This document shows positions 31,181-43,970 of a stretch of 64,000 bases of DNA, in pieces. A program made the translations under genes and the position numbers. The first letter of the stretch is position 1; each line of letters opens with the position of its first letter. The stretch covers positions 229,800 to 293,799 of the forward strand of contig CAWJKV010000003.1 of the NCBI GenBank assembly GCA_963843555.1, in the 5' to 3' direction. This DNA is from an uncultured Methanosarcinales archaeon. Lineage in GTDB: Archaea; Halobacteriota; Methanosarcinia; Methanotrichales; Methanotrichaceae. The notes under the pieces are model-generated. The model was not told where the DNA came from. It saw nothing but the letters and a program-made list of their open reading frames with translations, and searched no databases.

Positions 31181-32396
31181 TCACAGCTCTGTAGCCCGCC
31201 ACCCTGCCTCTTCCACTTTTTTTATGACCATGCGCAAGGGCAGCCCTGTCTCTTCAGCGATCTTGATGCAGTCTTCGTACTCTGCTTTGATGTTCAAGAG
31301 AGCGCCATCCATCCGGCTAACCTTTATGCTGGCATTGTAGCTCTGGCCAGATATCTCCAGCTCTACCGACACAATCTCGCGCTCGGCCACGAAGCGGTGC
31401 AGGCTGGGGAAAACGCGAACTCCTAAAGAGCCCGTCTCCCGGACGATTATCCTGGCCAGACTCTCCATCTCCTCATGCCGGGTTAAGGCCCGGATCACGT
31501 TGCCGCTGCGCCCTTTCTTCATCAGGGCCGGCAGAACTGAGACATCCAGGGCGCCGGCCTGCATAAGCAGCTCTATCAGATGGCCCAGGACCTCGCCGGT
31601 GACATCATCGACATTGGTCTCCAGCTGCACCACGCGCTCGCCATGCGGGCGCATGATCTTTGCCCGCGGATTCGTCTCCTGCGCGGGAATCATCTCTGCA
31701 ATTACGCCCCGCAGGACGTTGGGAAGATTGTGATCTCTCTTCCCTGCTCCATAGCCCACCCTTTCCGCCCGGATGAGAGGAAATTCGGGCACGAATTCGT
31801 CGACGAGCGCCGCCAGCAACGCCGCGCCCGTGGGCGTGAGAAGCTCCTCATCCACCGGCCCCCCCTTCCAGGGGATATGGTGAGCGCGCATGATCTCCAG
31901 GGCAGCCGGCCCCGGAACAGGAAGAAGGCCGTGCGCCGATTGTACATAGCCCCCGCCCACAGATACCGGCCGGGAGAATACGCGCTCCGCTTCCAGGCTT
32001 TGCCGCGCGGCGCATGATCCGGCGATGTCAGCCAGCGCATCCAGGGCGCCTATCTCATGAAACCTGGCCTCGGCCTTCGGCTACGCCATGCACCCGGCTC
32101 TCCGCCTCGGCCAAGATATTCAGGGCACTAAGTGCGTTTTCCAGGGCTCTGCCCTCGAGGCAGGAGCCCTGCAGAATGGATACCGCCTCCTCCAGGGACT
32201 GGTACCTCCGGTCCGAGACCACCTTGGCCCGGGTGGCCATGATGTGGCTTCTCTCCTCACGTGATATCTCCAGCATGCATCCCACGGACTCGACCGCCTG
32301 GCGGACGGCGGCGGGATCCGCCCCCAGGTCCAGGAGAGAGGCCATGATCATATCTCCGGCGGCGCCGGCGCTGGGGTCGAAGAGGAGGGCTTTCAT
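31181..32396 (-). CDS. larC: Nickel pincer cofactor biosynthesis protein LarC (frameshifted)
   Basis: GAAGDM, AESRVHG, AHGLLPVPGPA, TPTGAA, ETNVDDVTGE and MKKGR. Confidence 0.88.
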
Positions 32397-32444
32397 CGCC
32401 CACAATTATTGCTTATGCCGTTAAATACAAATTGGTCCCTGGAT

Positions 32445-34013
32445 TCACTTCTTCCAGAACTCCGGAACCAGCAAAACCAGTGCGGTCATTATCTCCAGCC
32501 GGCCGATCCACATGCATAAGAAGAGGAGCATCTTTCCGGCGGGATGAAGCTCGGCAAAACTGTACATCGGCCCCACCATTCCCAAGCCCGGCCCGGCGTT
32601 GCCCAGGGTCGTAGCTACCGCGGAAATGGTGGTCTCAATGTTCATCCTTGGATCGTCGTAGGAGATGATGGCTAAAAGCAGTGCAGCCACGGCGAAGATG
32701 ATGATATACATGGCCACGAAGATATTGCTCGGCCTGAGGATTTCATCCTTGACAGGGACGCCGCCCAGTTTCACCGCGATGACCGCATGGGGGTGCAGAG
32801 CACGAAACAGCTCCCTGTATCCGCTTTTTAGAACCAATAGTAATCGTACCACCTTGATAGCTCCACCAGTTGAGCCCGCGCAGGCGCCAATGATCATGAG
32901 CAGAATTAAGGTGAATTTGGCTGCGGCAGTCCATCCATCAAAATCCGCCGTGGCAAAGCCCGTTGTGGTCATAACGGAGACCACCTGGAAGCCCGCCAGC
33001 TGGATTTTGCGGAAGATATCCCCCTCCAGTCCGCCCCAGAGGATGATTATCGATGTCATCGCCAGCAGGATCAGGGTATAGAATCTGAACTCCTGGTCCC
33101 TGATCAGGGCCTTTCGGTCGGAGGTGAGCACTTTGTAGTGCAGGGCGAAGTTGGCCCCGGCCAGGAACATGAAGAGCGTGATTATGGCATCGATTATCCA
33201 GCTCCTGTAAGCCGCTATGCTCAAGCCTTGCGGCGAGAAGCCGCCCGTGGCCATGGTGGCAAAGGTATTGCAGAGAGAGTCGAAGAGGGGCATTCCCGCC
33301 AGGTAAAGAAGCACGATCTCGACGATGGTCAGGGCGATGTAAACCACCCAGAGCACTCGGGCCGTCTGCTTGATGCGCGGCGTCAGTGCATCTTTGTCGG
33401 GGCCAGGAACCTCGGCCCGGTAGAGCTGGCGGCCGGCGACACCGAGGCGCGGCAGTATGGCCACGAATAATAGTATTATCCCCATTCCGCCCAGCCACTG
33501 GGCAAACGACCTCCAGAAGAGCAGTCCCATGAAGGTCTCATCCATACTGCCTCTCATCTGAAATGGAGCAGTGTTTGCGGTCAGGTTTTGCAGCCTCAGC
33601 TCCAGATTATGTGCCAGGCTGCTATCGGCAAGAGTCGAGTTTAGAATCCAGTACCCCTGGGCATTTGTCTCTGTGAGTATGGATGAGCCGGTTGTGGTAA
33701 AGGCGGACATGGACTCGAACAGGCCATCGATCAGGCTTGTTCCCAGGAAGACATAAGGCAGTGCGCCAAAGAATGCGGCACCAAGCCACCCCAGAGCTAC
33801 AAGAGCAAAACCCTCTTTCAAGCCCGGTTCCTCCTTGACTGGAGAGCCGTCCCAGGACGATTCCTGTGGCCAGGGTGAGAAGAGATGTTACTGCAAAGGC
33901 AATGACGCCTCCGTCTCTCCATAGAAGGCAGCGACAGCACCCGGAACCAGCAGCAAAACCGCCAGGATCTTCAGAAGCGACGCAAACAGCCTGAGAAATA
34001 CTCTGATCCTCAT
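32445..34013 (-). CDS. trkH: Trk K+ uptake membrane subunit TrkH (5' part frameshifted)
   Basis: FESMSAFTTTG, QWLGGMG, ATGGFS, GSTGGAIK and GRLEI. Confidence 0.92.
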
Positions 34014-34094
34014 CCTACAAATGCCGCTCCGAAGGTGGAGAGCATCCTCCCGTAGGACGGACTTTCCTCTCCTATTGCTATAAAAGTTATATGC

Positions 34095-35410
34095 TCAGGG
34101 AATGAAGAGCTTCTTCACCTTGGAGACGACATCCGGCATGGACATCACGAATACGCGGTCTCCGGCAGCCACTTTGAAGTCGTTTGCCGGCACTATTGGC
34201 ATACCGTCTCTCAAGACCATTCCCGCCAGCGAGTCCCGTGGAAGCTCTTTGGAGACGCTCTTGCCGATGATCTTGGCTCCCGGCCTGGCTATGAAATCCA
34301 CCAGCTCCATCCTCTCGTCGCTCAGGGTGATCACCTCTTCGCCTCCTATCACCCTCTGCAGCACGGCATCGGCGGTCACCTGTCCCGGGCTGACTGCCCT
34401 GTCCACTCCCACCATCTCAAAGAGCTTAATATAGACGTTCCTGTTGACCCGAGAGAGGATCTTCTTGGCGCCGAGCTGTTTTACCAGCAGAGAACAGAGC
34501 AGGTTCTTATCATCCAGTCCAGTCACAGCGAAGACCACATCCATCTTGCCCAGCCCCCTCCTCCTGGAGAAGGGCCAGGTCAGAGCCGTCGCCGTTGAGA
34601 ATCATGGTGCCTGAGAGCTTATCCGCAATCTCTGCACAACGTTCTGCGCTCTGTTCTATGAGCTTGACGTCCATATTCATCTTTTCCAGCCTGTGGGCAA
34701 GATAGAACCCCACCATCCCTCCGCCCACGATCATAACCCTGGGAGAGGTTTGAGCTTCGTGTAGCATCTGCCTTAAGTCGGGAAGGGATTTGGAGTCGCA
34801 GAGCAGCATGAGGTGATCATCCAGCTGTATCTGATCGCCTTTTTTTGGTATGAAGATATCACCTGCCCGGTTTATGGCGATTAAATTGCAGTTCCTGGGA
34901 AGGCTGATCTCTTCGACGGGCCCCAGGATGTTCATGCCAGGCGTTACCTTGAACTCGATCAGCTCAACCAATCCTTTAGCTAGATCCCGGTTCATGAGCA
35001 TGGACGAGAAGTAGAGGGATCTCGCCATCTCCTCGGCCATGGCCAGCTCCGGACATATCATGTAGCTTATGCCTATCTCTTTTCGATCCTGAACAGGCTG
35101 ATCGATATACTCGGGATTGCTGACTCTGGCAATGGTCTGGCGCACTCCGAGGTGACTGGCTATGATACAGGTTATCACGTTCACCTCGTCGTTCCCGGTC
35201 ACGGCTACTACGATATCGGCCTTCTTGACTTCTGCCTGCAGGAGCAGACGGGCATTAGCAGAATTGCCCTGCAGAGACTTTTACATCCATATCCTGAAGC
35301 CTGGCACATGCCACGGGATCTTTGTCTATAACGGTTACATCATGATCCGCATAAAGCTCGCTGGCTATGAGAAAACCCACTTCGCCAGCTCCGGTGATCA
35401 ATATACGCAT
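34095..35410 (-). CDS. trkA: Trk K+ uptake regulatory subunit TrkA (frameshifted)
   Basis: MRILITGAGEVG and VMIVGGGMVG Rossmann motifs; two RCK pairs. Confidence 0.9.
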
Positions 35411-35411
35411 A

Positions 35412-36971
35412 TCATTTCCTCCATAATTCTGGAATAAGCAATAGGAATATTGGCATCATCTCCAGCCGGCCGATGTACATGGCGAAGAAGCCTATCATCT
35501 TGCCGGCATTCGAGATCTGGGACCAGTCGAAGGCTATGATGCCAAAAGCCCGGACCCACGCCGCCCATGCAGGAGGCGATGCCTGATGCCACTACGTGCA
35601 GATCCACCCGCGGGTCGCCGGCGGAGACCATGGCCAGGGCCAGGGAGAGTGCAAACCATACTGCCAGGTAGAAGAATGAGTAAAAGAGTATCGGGCGGAG
35701 AATATCCTCTTTCACCCGGGCCTCACCCAGCCTTACCGACATGAGCGCATGGGGATGGAGCATGTGGAAGAGCTCGTTGTAGGCGTATTTTAGGTCTACT
35801 AGCAATCGCCCCACCTTAATCCCGCCGGCTGTCGAGCCGATGCAGCCTCCTATGAGCATGACCATGATCAGAGCCATCTTGGCCGCCGTGGTCCAATTAT
35901 CGTAGTCCAGGGAATTGACGAATCCGCACGTTCCCATGAATGATATGACCTGGAAGGATGCAAACCGGAAGCGATCCACTATCTGGCCGTCTATCCCGCC
36001 GAAGAACATGAGGACCAGGGTGGCGACGGCCAGGATGGTGATCATGAACTTGAACTCCTCATCCTTAAACCAGCCCAAGCGGTCTGAGGTGAGAACCTTG
36101 TAGTGCAATGTGAAGCTCGACATGCCCAGGATGATGAAGAGGGCAACTATAGCATCGATAATTGGGCTGTGATAGGCGACGAGGCTCGAGGCCTGGGGGG
36201 AGAAGCCGCCCGTCGCAAGAGTCGAGAATGCCGTGCAAACTGCATCGTAAAGCGGCATTCCTGCCGCCACGAGCAGAATGATCTCCAGGGCGTTAAAGAG
36301 CAGATACACTCTCCAAAGGATTCTGGCGGTGCCAGTGGCTCGAGGTGTGATGGTGTCCTTGGTCGGCCCGACAGTCTCGGCCCTGTAAAGCTGGCGGCCT
36401 GCGACCCGCAGCTGCGGGAAGACGGCGACTACGAGCAGGATGATGCCCAGGCCCCCGATGAGCTGCTGGAAGGACCTCCAGAAGAGAAGACCGTAGTACG
36501 TATGAGCATGGGCGATGTGGAGCGCCATATCGTTTCCAGCCATGCGGATGATAGAGCCCGCCAGAGTGAGTGCGAGGCTTTATCGGTAAGGGTAGCATTC
36601 ACTACGTAGTAACCCAAAGGATTGGACTCGACGAGAATCGTCGCCCCGGTAGCCGAAAAGCCTGATACGGATTCAAATAAAGCGTCGACAAGGCTCAGGC
36701 CCTGAAATACGAAGGGCAGCGATCCAAGAGCTGTTGCAAATAGCCAGCCCAGGGTAACGGCAGCGAAAGCCTCTTTGTTGCCAACTATGCCTTTTTCACC
36801 CAGGCGCTTCAGTATGATGCCTGCAGACACCGAGAGCAGAGACGTCAAGGCAAAAGCCACAATTCCGTCCGTCTCATGATAAAGTGCGGCAACAATTCCC
36901 GGAACTAAGAGTAACAGGCCGAGGATCTTCAGAACAGTGCCGATAATGTCAAGGACGATTCTAACTCTCAT
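35412..36971 (-). CDS. trkH: Second TrkH paralogue (frameshifted)
   Basis: FESVSGFSATG, GLLFWRS, ATGGFSP and GSTAGGIK. Confidence 0.88.
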
Positions 36972-37280
36972 GGAAATCTCTCGTCTTAAGCCCGGTTTCA
37001 GACGCCGGGCAAAGGAGCCCAGGGTATCAGAATTGATCCGCCAACTGGGTGCATCGTTGGTTTCCTGAATGGGACTGGACCTGGGCAAGCTCGGGCATGG
37101 CAAAGATAATGGCTGCAAATCTCGGATAGTCACCCGGTGGGCAGACCACCAGCCGTCGGCCCGAGGGCACGAGATTTGGCCACCCTATTCTTCCGAGATT
37201 TGTTGTGATTTTCTCAAGGACCACGACTCCCTCCCAAACAGGTCACATATCCCTTTGAGGTCAGCTCATCTATGAGAGGA

Positions 37281-37575
37281 CTAATTCACAAAAAAGGATA
37301 GTTGAATTATGTCCTTCGGACCTTCTCGACTCTGCATGAAGCTCACCGTAGTGACGATCACCAGGATATAAATGTTTCCATTTATTTTCTTATCACCATT
37401 TTTGCCAGTGGAGTTTTGGGACTCGATATTTCCTGCCATTTTGAATACGATTCGAGAGATCACCTCCTATCACCAACAGAGTGACGGAAAATATGAGCTT
37501 ATCAAGTTTCTCAAACAATAAATTGCTACAGTCAGGGGCCGATTGCCTCTCGATCGTTCTTGATTCTTCCGGCAT
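37281..37575 (-). CDS. Small hypothetical membrane protein (frameshifted)
   Basis: Two overlapping minus-strand ORFs with hydrophobic segments. Confidence 0.35.
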
Positions 37576-38044
37576 TTGAGATTGTAAAGAAGCATCAACC
37601 TCAGACAGAAGTATGGTGGGTATATGCCAAGTCTCTCAAAGGAGATCAATAAGGGGCGGAACTTCAGGATTTCGAGTGGCTGGTCTTTTGCAATGAATAT
37701 TCGCTCTTGCAGATAGGCACTTTATATTCATAGTGGATGTCGGTAGGTGATGACCCATAGAAAATATTTACTATGAAAAGTTACTCAATTAAAGATCCAT
37801 GACTAGACTAATTTATGGCAAATCGTGCAGGCCTCTATAATTTCATCTTCCCAAGCGAAATAAGCTTGTAGATATTGATCCGTATTCTGAAATTGCAGTT
37901 TTCCATGTTTGATGAACATCTTTTAATACTTAGAATATACTAATATAAACATATGGAATAGTAGTTTGTTTTCTTAGCAGAATATAAAGAATTCTCAAAT
38001 CAAGATATGGATCAGATCTGACAATTAAGACTGTAAGTGGGGAT

Positions 38045-40392
38045 GTGAAAAGTATGAAAATTGATAGAAAACTAATCGGAGCGTTATTGATGGGGATACT
38101 TGTATTGTCTTCATCAGCTTACAGTATTTCGATTTCTGTTGGGAGCAATGCAGGCGGATTTACAGAAAATATCAACGCCGGCGACAAAGACGCAGTTTAT
38201 GGCAGTACAGTCATTGCGGCAAACAGCTTATCGCATTCCATCGAAGGCAGCGGGAGCTTGAAAGAGAGCCACTCGGTCTCCAATACCGCAGGGGCTAATG
38301 CCGAGGTGGGCGTCAACATCCGCCAGGCGGAATGGTATTCTTACAGTTACGACCTATGGCCGGGCCAGGGCTCTTCCTGGCCAGCATCCAAATTTGCCCA
38401 GGTCGCAGCCAGTGAGCAATTGGATGTCCTCAATGCCAAATACATCCAGGCCTACGCCAATGCCCGCAACTCGAAAGGATATACGGCAGGCGTGAGCACC
38501 GTGGTCTCTGATCCTGGAAATGAGGCATCTTTAACCGGCTACCGCAATCTGGCCATGGCCTCCAAGAATGAGGCATTCGCATCACAGACGGCCGAGAGTG
38601 CGTTCTCTCTGGACGGATATATCCAGGCCGATTCAGGAGCCGATTTTACGCAATTGAAGTCGAAACCTCTGCAGTTCAGGGAAGATTCGGCGGATGCGAG
38701 CATAAGAGGTTGATAGTGGGACCATGGAAGGATACTCTGACCTGGCCTCGGCTTCAGCCAGCGGAGTAACGGCATCGCAGCAGATGGATGCAGCGACGGG
38801 CGAGCAGATCCGGACCAAGTCGGAGTCTGCGTCGTGGACTGCATCGCTCTTCCAGGGCTTGAAGAAGACTGCAGGCGCAAAGGTGAGTACCAGTGCAGAG
38901 GGTACTTTGACCGGGTACAACGCCGGTGCCGAGATCTCCAAGGACTATGCTCAGGCAGATCAGGCTGGTCACATAGTCGGGACCTTCACAAGCACCGCTG
39001 TCTCTGGCAAGGCGAGCAAGACCAGGACTTCGAACTATGGCACTGAATATGACTTCAATATGCAGGCCAAAAAGGATGCTTCCGGATCTTACGCGACCGG
39101 TAACCTGGGTTACTATGTTGATAATGTCAGCCCTATCGCTAACCGCATTCAAGGCGCAGTGGATGCCTCAGAATCAGGCGATGTCATCAACGTTGCACCT
39201 GGCACCTATTTTGAGAATGTGCAGATCGACAAGTCGTTGAATGTTTAAGGGTGCCGGGGCCAGTGATACCATAGTCGATGGCCAGCAAAATGGCACAGTC
39301 TTCACCATCGGCAGCCAGGATAATACAGGGCTGGATGTGGCTCTATCGGGGATGAAGGTACAGAATGGTTCAGGGACAACGGTTGAGATGGGTATTCATG
39401 GCGATGTCTACAGCCATGGCGGCGGAATTCTCAACCACGCAAATCTAACGGTAGAAGACAGCATCATCTCTGGAAACACCGCGAACTGGCAAGGCAAGGC
39501 GTATGGATCAGCATTAGGCGGTGGAATCTATAACTCCGGCACCCTTTATACGAATAACAGCTCCATTTCAGGCAATATGGCAAAAGCGTCAGGATACGGG
39601 GATTATGGATATGGTGCCGCCTGGGGTGGAGGCATATTTAATATCGGTAGGGCGAGCCTAGACAACAGCGACATTTACGGTAATGCTGCTATAGGGGAAG
39701 GTTCTGGGATCGACTATGGCGATGGTTATGCAAACGGCGGAGGAATTTACAATGAAGGCAATCTGAACATAAACGACAGCTACATATGCGGCAATACTGC
39801 GACAGGATACGGCTCTGGTGTTATTCAAGGACTGGGTAGTGGAGGAGGAGGAGGAATTTTAAGCTTAGGCAATCTGAACATAAACGACAGCTATATCTGC
39901 AGCAATACTGCGACAGGATACGGCTCTGGGATCTCTGGCTTTGGTAGTGGAGATGGGGGAGGAATTTTCGGCTTTGGCACATTGAATATAGCCGGAAGCT
40001 GCATTTCCGGCAACATTGCAAAAGGATACGGCTCTGGGTCTGGCTTTGCTGATGGAGCGGGAGGAGGAATTTTCAGCTTTGGCACATTGAATATTGTCGA
40101 AAGCTCTATTTTCGGCAACATCGCAGAAGGATACAGCACAGGGGAAGGTTTTGAAGGATCAGGCGGAGGAATTTTCAACTTGGACACGTTGAATCTGGAA
40201 GGCGTATCTATATTCGATAATAGGGCATTCCGCGGCGGAGGTATCTACAACTGGGGCATGGTGAACCTGGAAAGCGGCTCCATTGACAATAACAATGCGA
40301 CCCAGAATGGTGGCGGCATCTTCAATGAGGGCTCCATAATTGGCAACAGGAGCATAGTACACGATAACAGCCCTGACGACATATTGCCATAG
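38045..40392 (+). CDS. Large secreted surface protein with GGGI(F/Y)-repeat right-handed beta-helix (Pmp/pectate-lyase-like), two frameshifts
   Basis: Signal peptide; IQGAVDAS..GDVINVAPGTYFENV..KSL cap motif; about ten GN.A...GGGI(F/Y/L) repeats. Fragments join at about 38710 and 39243. Confidence 0.8.
39757..39930 (+). repeat. Near-identical intragenic tandem duplication, 111-bp period
   Basis: ggcaatctgaacataaacgacagcta..at.tgc.gcaatactgcgacaggatacggctctgg at 39757 and 39868. Confidence 0.85.
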
Positions 40393-40705
40393 CTCCCATA
40401 GGTTTAGGCAGAGATCGAAGAGAATAGTCAAGCTGCTGCAAATTGGCGAGATAGCATTGTGCCAACTCGTGAGGTGGGAATGGTATCCCTCCATCACAAT
40501 TCTTTTTTGGCACAGATTCACCATGAACCTATGAAGGTTGAACGGCTGTGACTGACTTGCATTCATATGCGAGGTTCTGTTGTCGGCAGTTCCACCGCAC
40601 TCAAATTATCCTTCAAAATTCGTGCCGGAGCGATGCGATTAAGACCAAAAAAAATTGCCCTTGCTCGTCGATTGTTCGCCGGGCAAAAATTGGCCGTGGC
40701 CTCAT

Positions 40706-41500
40706 CTACTTCTTGGGATTACTCTCAATCTTCGTCAGAGCTGCTTGCTGGTCTTCTGTCAGGTCTGCCTGATAAAACTCCTCGTTGTCCGGCAATGCCA
40801 TCTCGAACTCAGAGAGGCTGTCAACTTTTACGCTGGCGTTCTCCAGCTTGAAGTCCAGGATGTGGCCGCCTGCAGACCTGTCCAGGGTGATGAAGTGCAG
40901 GTGGTAGCCTGGGACATTCACTCCATTAACATAGTCCGGGCATCTGAAACCTACTATCGTTCCATTGACGCTATGGAACTCGAATATCTTCTGGTCTTTT
41001 ACAGCCTCAGATAGGGGAGGATACGGCTTGCTCTGCATGGGCACACTCCTGGTTTTGACATAATCGAATGTGCCGTCGATCCTGATGCCGTAGAAGATGT
41101 TCTTGGTGGCGAGACTGCCATCCAGGCGGCTCTGGAACTCGGTCAGGTTGGAGGTGCCATTCAAGGTTACCGTCTCCTCAGGCTTGAAGAAAGCGACCTC
41201 TGCAAATGGTGTCTTCATGGAGTCGCTCACCCGGCTGGCTTTGCCATCTGATTTTATCTGGTAGAACTGGCCGTCAAGCCCCACCATTTCGCCATCAAGG
41301 GCCTGGACGGTTCCCAGACCGAAATCTCCATGGGCTCCAAGATCTTTGAAAGTCATGGTGCCATCATAAACGCCCTGCATGAGGGCACTTATGGTTGAGG
41401 TCTGAAACAATGTGTCGTTCTCAGAGGCGAGCGTCCCTGGTATCAGGAATGCCAGGACCAGGAAGGATGCCATGCAAATAAATCCCGCAATGTTCTTCAT
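40706..41500 (-). CDS. budA: Alpha-acetolactate decarboxylase with signal peptide
   Basis: LFQTSTISALMQGVYDG, HGDFGLGT..LDGEM and GYHLHF...GGH Zn ligands. Confidence 0.9.
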   Translation of the reverse strand: MKNIAGFICMASFLVLAFLIPGTLASENDTLFQTSTISALMQGVYDGTMTFKDLGAHGDFGLGTVQALDGEMVGLDGQFYQIKSDGKASRVSDSMKTPFAEVAFFKPEETVTLNGTSNLTEFQSRLDGSLATKNIFYGIRIDGTFDYVKTRSVPMQSKPYPPLSEAVKDQKIFEFHSVNGTIVGFRCPDYVNGVNVPGYHLHFITLDRSAGGHILDFKLENASVKVDSLSEFEMALPDNEEFYQADLTEDQQAALTKIESNPKK

Positions 41501-41670
41501 AAATTAAATTCACCTGATATCTCTTTAAAATAATTTATAAGCTAAATACCCATCGCCAATATAGTGAATTGGAAGAGATATGATTGATGGGATCGTGTAC
41601 GGATTAGGAAAAAGGCCAGAAATCGACCAAGGCCACATATTTTTAAAGCCGGAATCCAAAAGCCCAACCA

Positions 41671-42851
41671 ATGACCGAGATCCGAGATCCTGTGCACGGC
41701 TATGTTTTGCTGGAAGGCCTGGCATTGGAGCTGGCAGACACGCCCCAGATGCAGCGGCTGCGCTGGATAAAGCAGCTCGGCCTGGCAAGCCTGGTCTACC
41801 CCGGCGCCAATCACACCCGATTCGAGCACAGCCTGGGGGCCTACCATATGGCCGCGCTCCTCACCGATCATCTTGGCCTGGAAGAGGAAGATAGGCTGCT
41901 GGTAGGGGCGGCTGCTCTCCTGCATGATGTCGGCCACGGGCCGCTCTCCCATGCCACCGAAGCGGCCCTGGCCCCATTTCTCAGAACGGAGCACGAGAGC
42001 ATCATCGAACTCCTGAAGAAAGGGGAATTGAGAGAGGTTCTGGACAGGCATGGCCTGCAGAGCTCAGGATATCCAGGCCTTCATCAATGGATCCGGGCTG
42101 GGCCAGATCGTGAGCGGCGAGATAGACGTGGACCGAATGGATTACCTGATTCGAGATGCACATTACACCGGGGTGGCCTACGGGGTGATAGATCGATTGC
42201 GCCTCTTGCAGAAGATGACCCTTCATCAGGGACAGCTCGTGGTGGAGGCGGGAGGTGTGCAGGCTGCGACGTCCCTGCTCATCTCGCGGCTTCTTATGCA
42301 TCCATCCGTCTATTACCATCATGTCTGCCGCATTTCGGAGTGCATGATCGCCGCGGGGATCCGCAGCATGATTGAAGATGGTGCCAGTGCCGCAGATATA
42401 AAAGAGATGGACGACATTCAGCTCTTTACCGCTCTGGAACCAGGCGGGCGGCTATGCCGCAGAGATGAATTCCCGCATCAGGTCTCGCAAGCTCTTCAAG
42501 AGAGCCGTCTATACAGGCGTCGAAAACCTGGAGCCCTCCCTTCTCCGGGTCAGCGATAGGATACTGGCCCAGGAGATAGCGGCTGAGGCGGACGTCGATG
42601 TGGACTATATTCTGGTGGACAATCCTCCCCTGCCGGATACCATAGAAGGCAGCTTTCCCGTGTTAGTGGGTGAAGAAGTAAGACCACTGCGAGAGGTCTC
42701 GCCGTTGGTCAGCATCCTGGAGAGAGCGCACCGGGCTACCTGGCGTTTTGGCGTATATGCCCCGGCAGAACTGCGGGAAAGTGTAGCCAGAAGCCGCCAA
42801 AAGGTGCTTGAACCTGAAGAAGAACACAGTGCAGCACACATTTTCAGATGA
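41671..42851 (+). CDS. HD-domain phosphohydrolase (dNTPase/SAMHD1-like; frameshifted)
   Basis: IRDPVHG, QRLRWIKQLG, HTRFEHSLG, LLHDVGH, DVDRMDY and VYYH. Confidence 0.9.
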
Positions 42852-42896
42852 TCGATAACGGTTACCTTTAAGTTGCAATAGAACAGAATGACCTGA

Positions 42897-43346
42897 ATGG
42901 CATTTTCCGGAGAAGGGCAGGCGATCGACAAGAATCTGCTGGTCAAGACCATCCAGACCATGAACCAGCACCTGCCAAATAGACGAATCAATTTGACCGA
43001 TCTCATGAGTATGGAAAAGCCCGGCATCAAGGGAAAAGATAACACCTTTTTCATCATCGATAAAGCCGAGCTGGATCTGATCTCACAATCCTTCCCCAGA
43101 TTCATGTGGAGCCGCCTCCGGCTACCCATGCTCATTGAGATGTCACCCGATTATGGCAACGGCGCAGCTCGCATTCAGGGCGAGGCTGAGGTAGAGGTGG
43201 TCAGCAAGATCCTGGGCAAAGAGCGACCCCAGGGAAAACAGATAATAATCTATCTCCCCGAAGTAAGGGAGCTGCGCCGAAAGCTTCCTACCACCACCCA
43301 GTATGCCTTCATGACCAATCTCCGGGATAGGGGTATTGGGGACTGA
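42897..43346 (+). CDS. DUF61-like archaeal protein
   Basis: MNQHLP..R..L.DL, LRLPMLIE and LRRKLPTTTQYAF. Confidence 0.7.
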   Translation: MAFSGEGQAIDKNLLVKTIQTMNQHLPNRRINLTDLMSMEKPGIKGKDNTFFIIDKAELDLISQSFPRFMWSRLRLPMLIEMSPDYGNGAARIQGEAEVEVVSKILGKERPQGKQIIIYLPEVRELRRKLPTTTQYAFMTNLRDRGIGD

Positions 43347-43401
43347 AGGTTTATATTCCAGGGACTGCAGATATTACTAGTAGAATTATTATGGAGGATC
43401 C

Positions 43402-43957
43402 ATGGCAGATAATACGCTGGCCGAAGGTGCGAGGCAGTTCGCAATAAAGATGAACCTGGGAGCTTACAAGGAGGCGGCCAAGATCAAGTCGGATTTCGGC
43501 CTCCCCAATGAAATGCTTCTGGATGCGGTCAAGAATGCATACAACGTTAACATGAAAAAAGGAGACTATTCTCTTGCTGCCGAACTGGCCAAGCAGTATG
43601 ACCTTCCCAGCGACCTCCGTCTGGATGCTGCCCAGAGATCCTTTCACAGAAAGGTCGACAGCGAGGCTTCTTCCGGGCGGCAGCCGATTATGCCAAGGAA
43701 TTCGGCCTGCCCGAGGATATGGTCAGAGAAGCAGCTATGCAGGCCTTCAACAAGAGCATGAGCTTTGGTCTGGTCAAGAATGCCGCAGAGATCGCCGAGG
43801 ATTTTGATCTTCCCGCAGAGATGAAACGAGGAGGCGGCCACGAAATCCTTTGAGCAGCATATGGAGGCCGGCCTCTATCGCAAAGCCCTCAAGATCGCTC
43901 AAAAGTACAATCTTTCTGAAGAGATGGATAGACGCCGCAGAAAAAAAGATATCTTGA
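43402..43957 (+). CDS. Alpha-helical repeat hypothetical protein (frameshifted)
   Basis: GGAGG RBS; repeated A..IA..(F/Y).LP.(E/D)M units across three frames. Confidence 0.55.
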
Positions 43958-43970
43958 GCCCGGGGGGGCC

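Noticed and set aside
39400..40390. CRISPR array or DGR template/variable repeat
   Set aside because: The repeats are in-frame coding units; no spacers, cas genes or reverse transcriptase are present.
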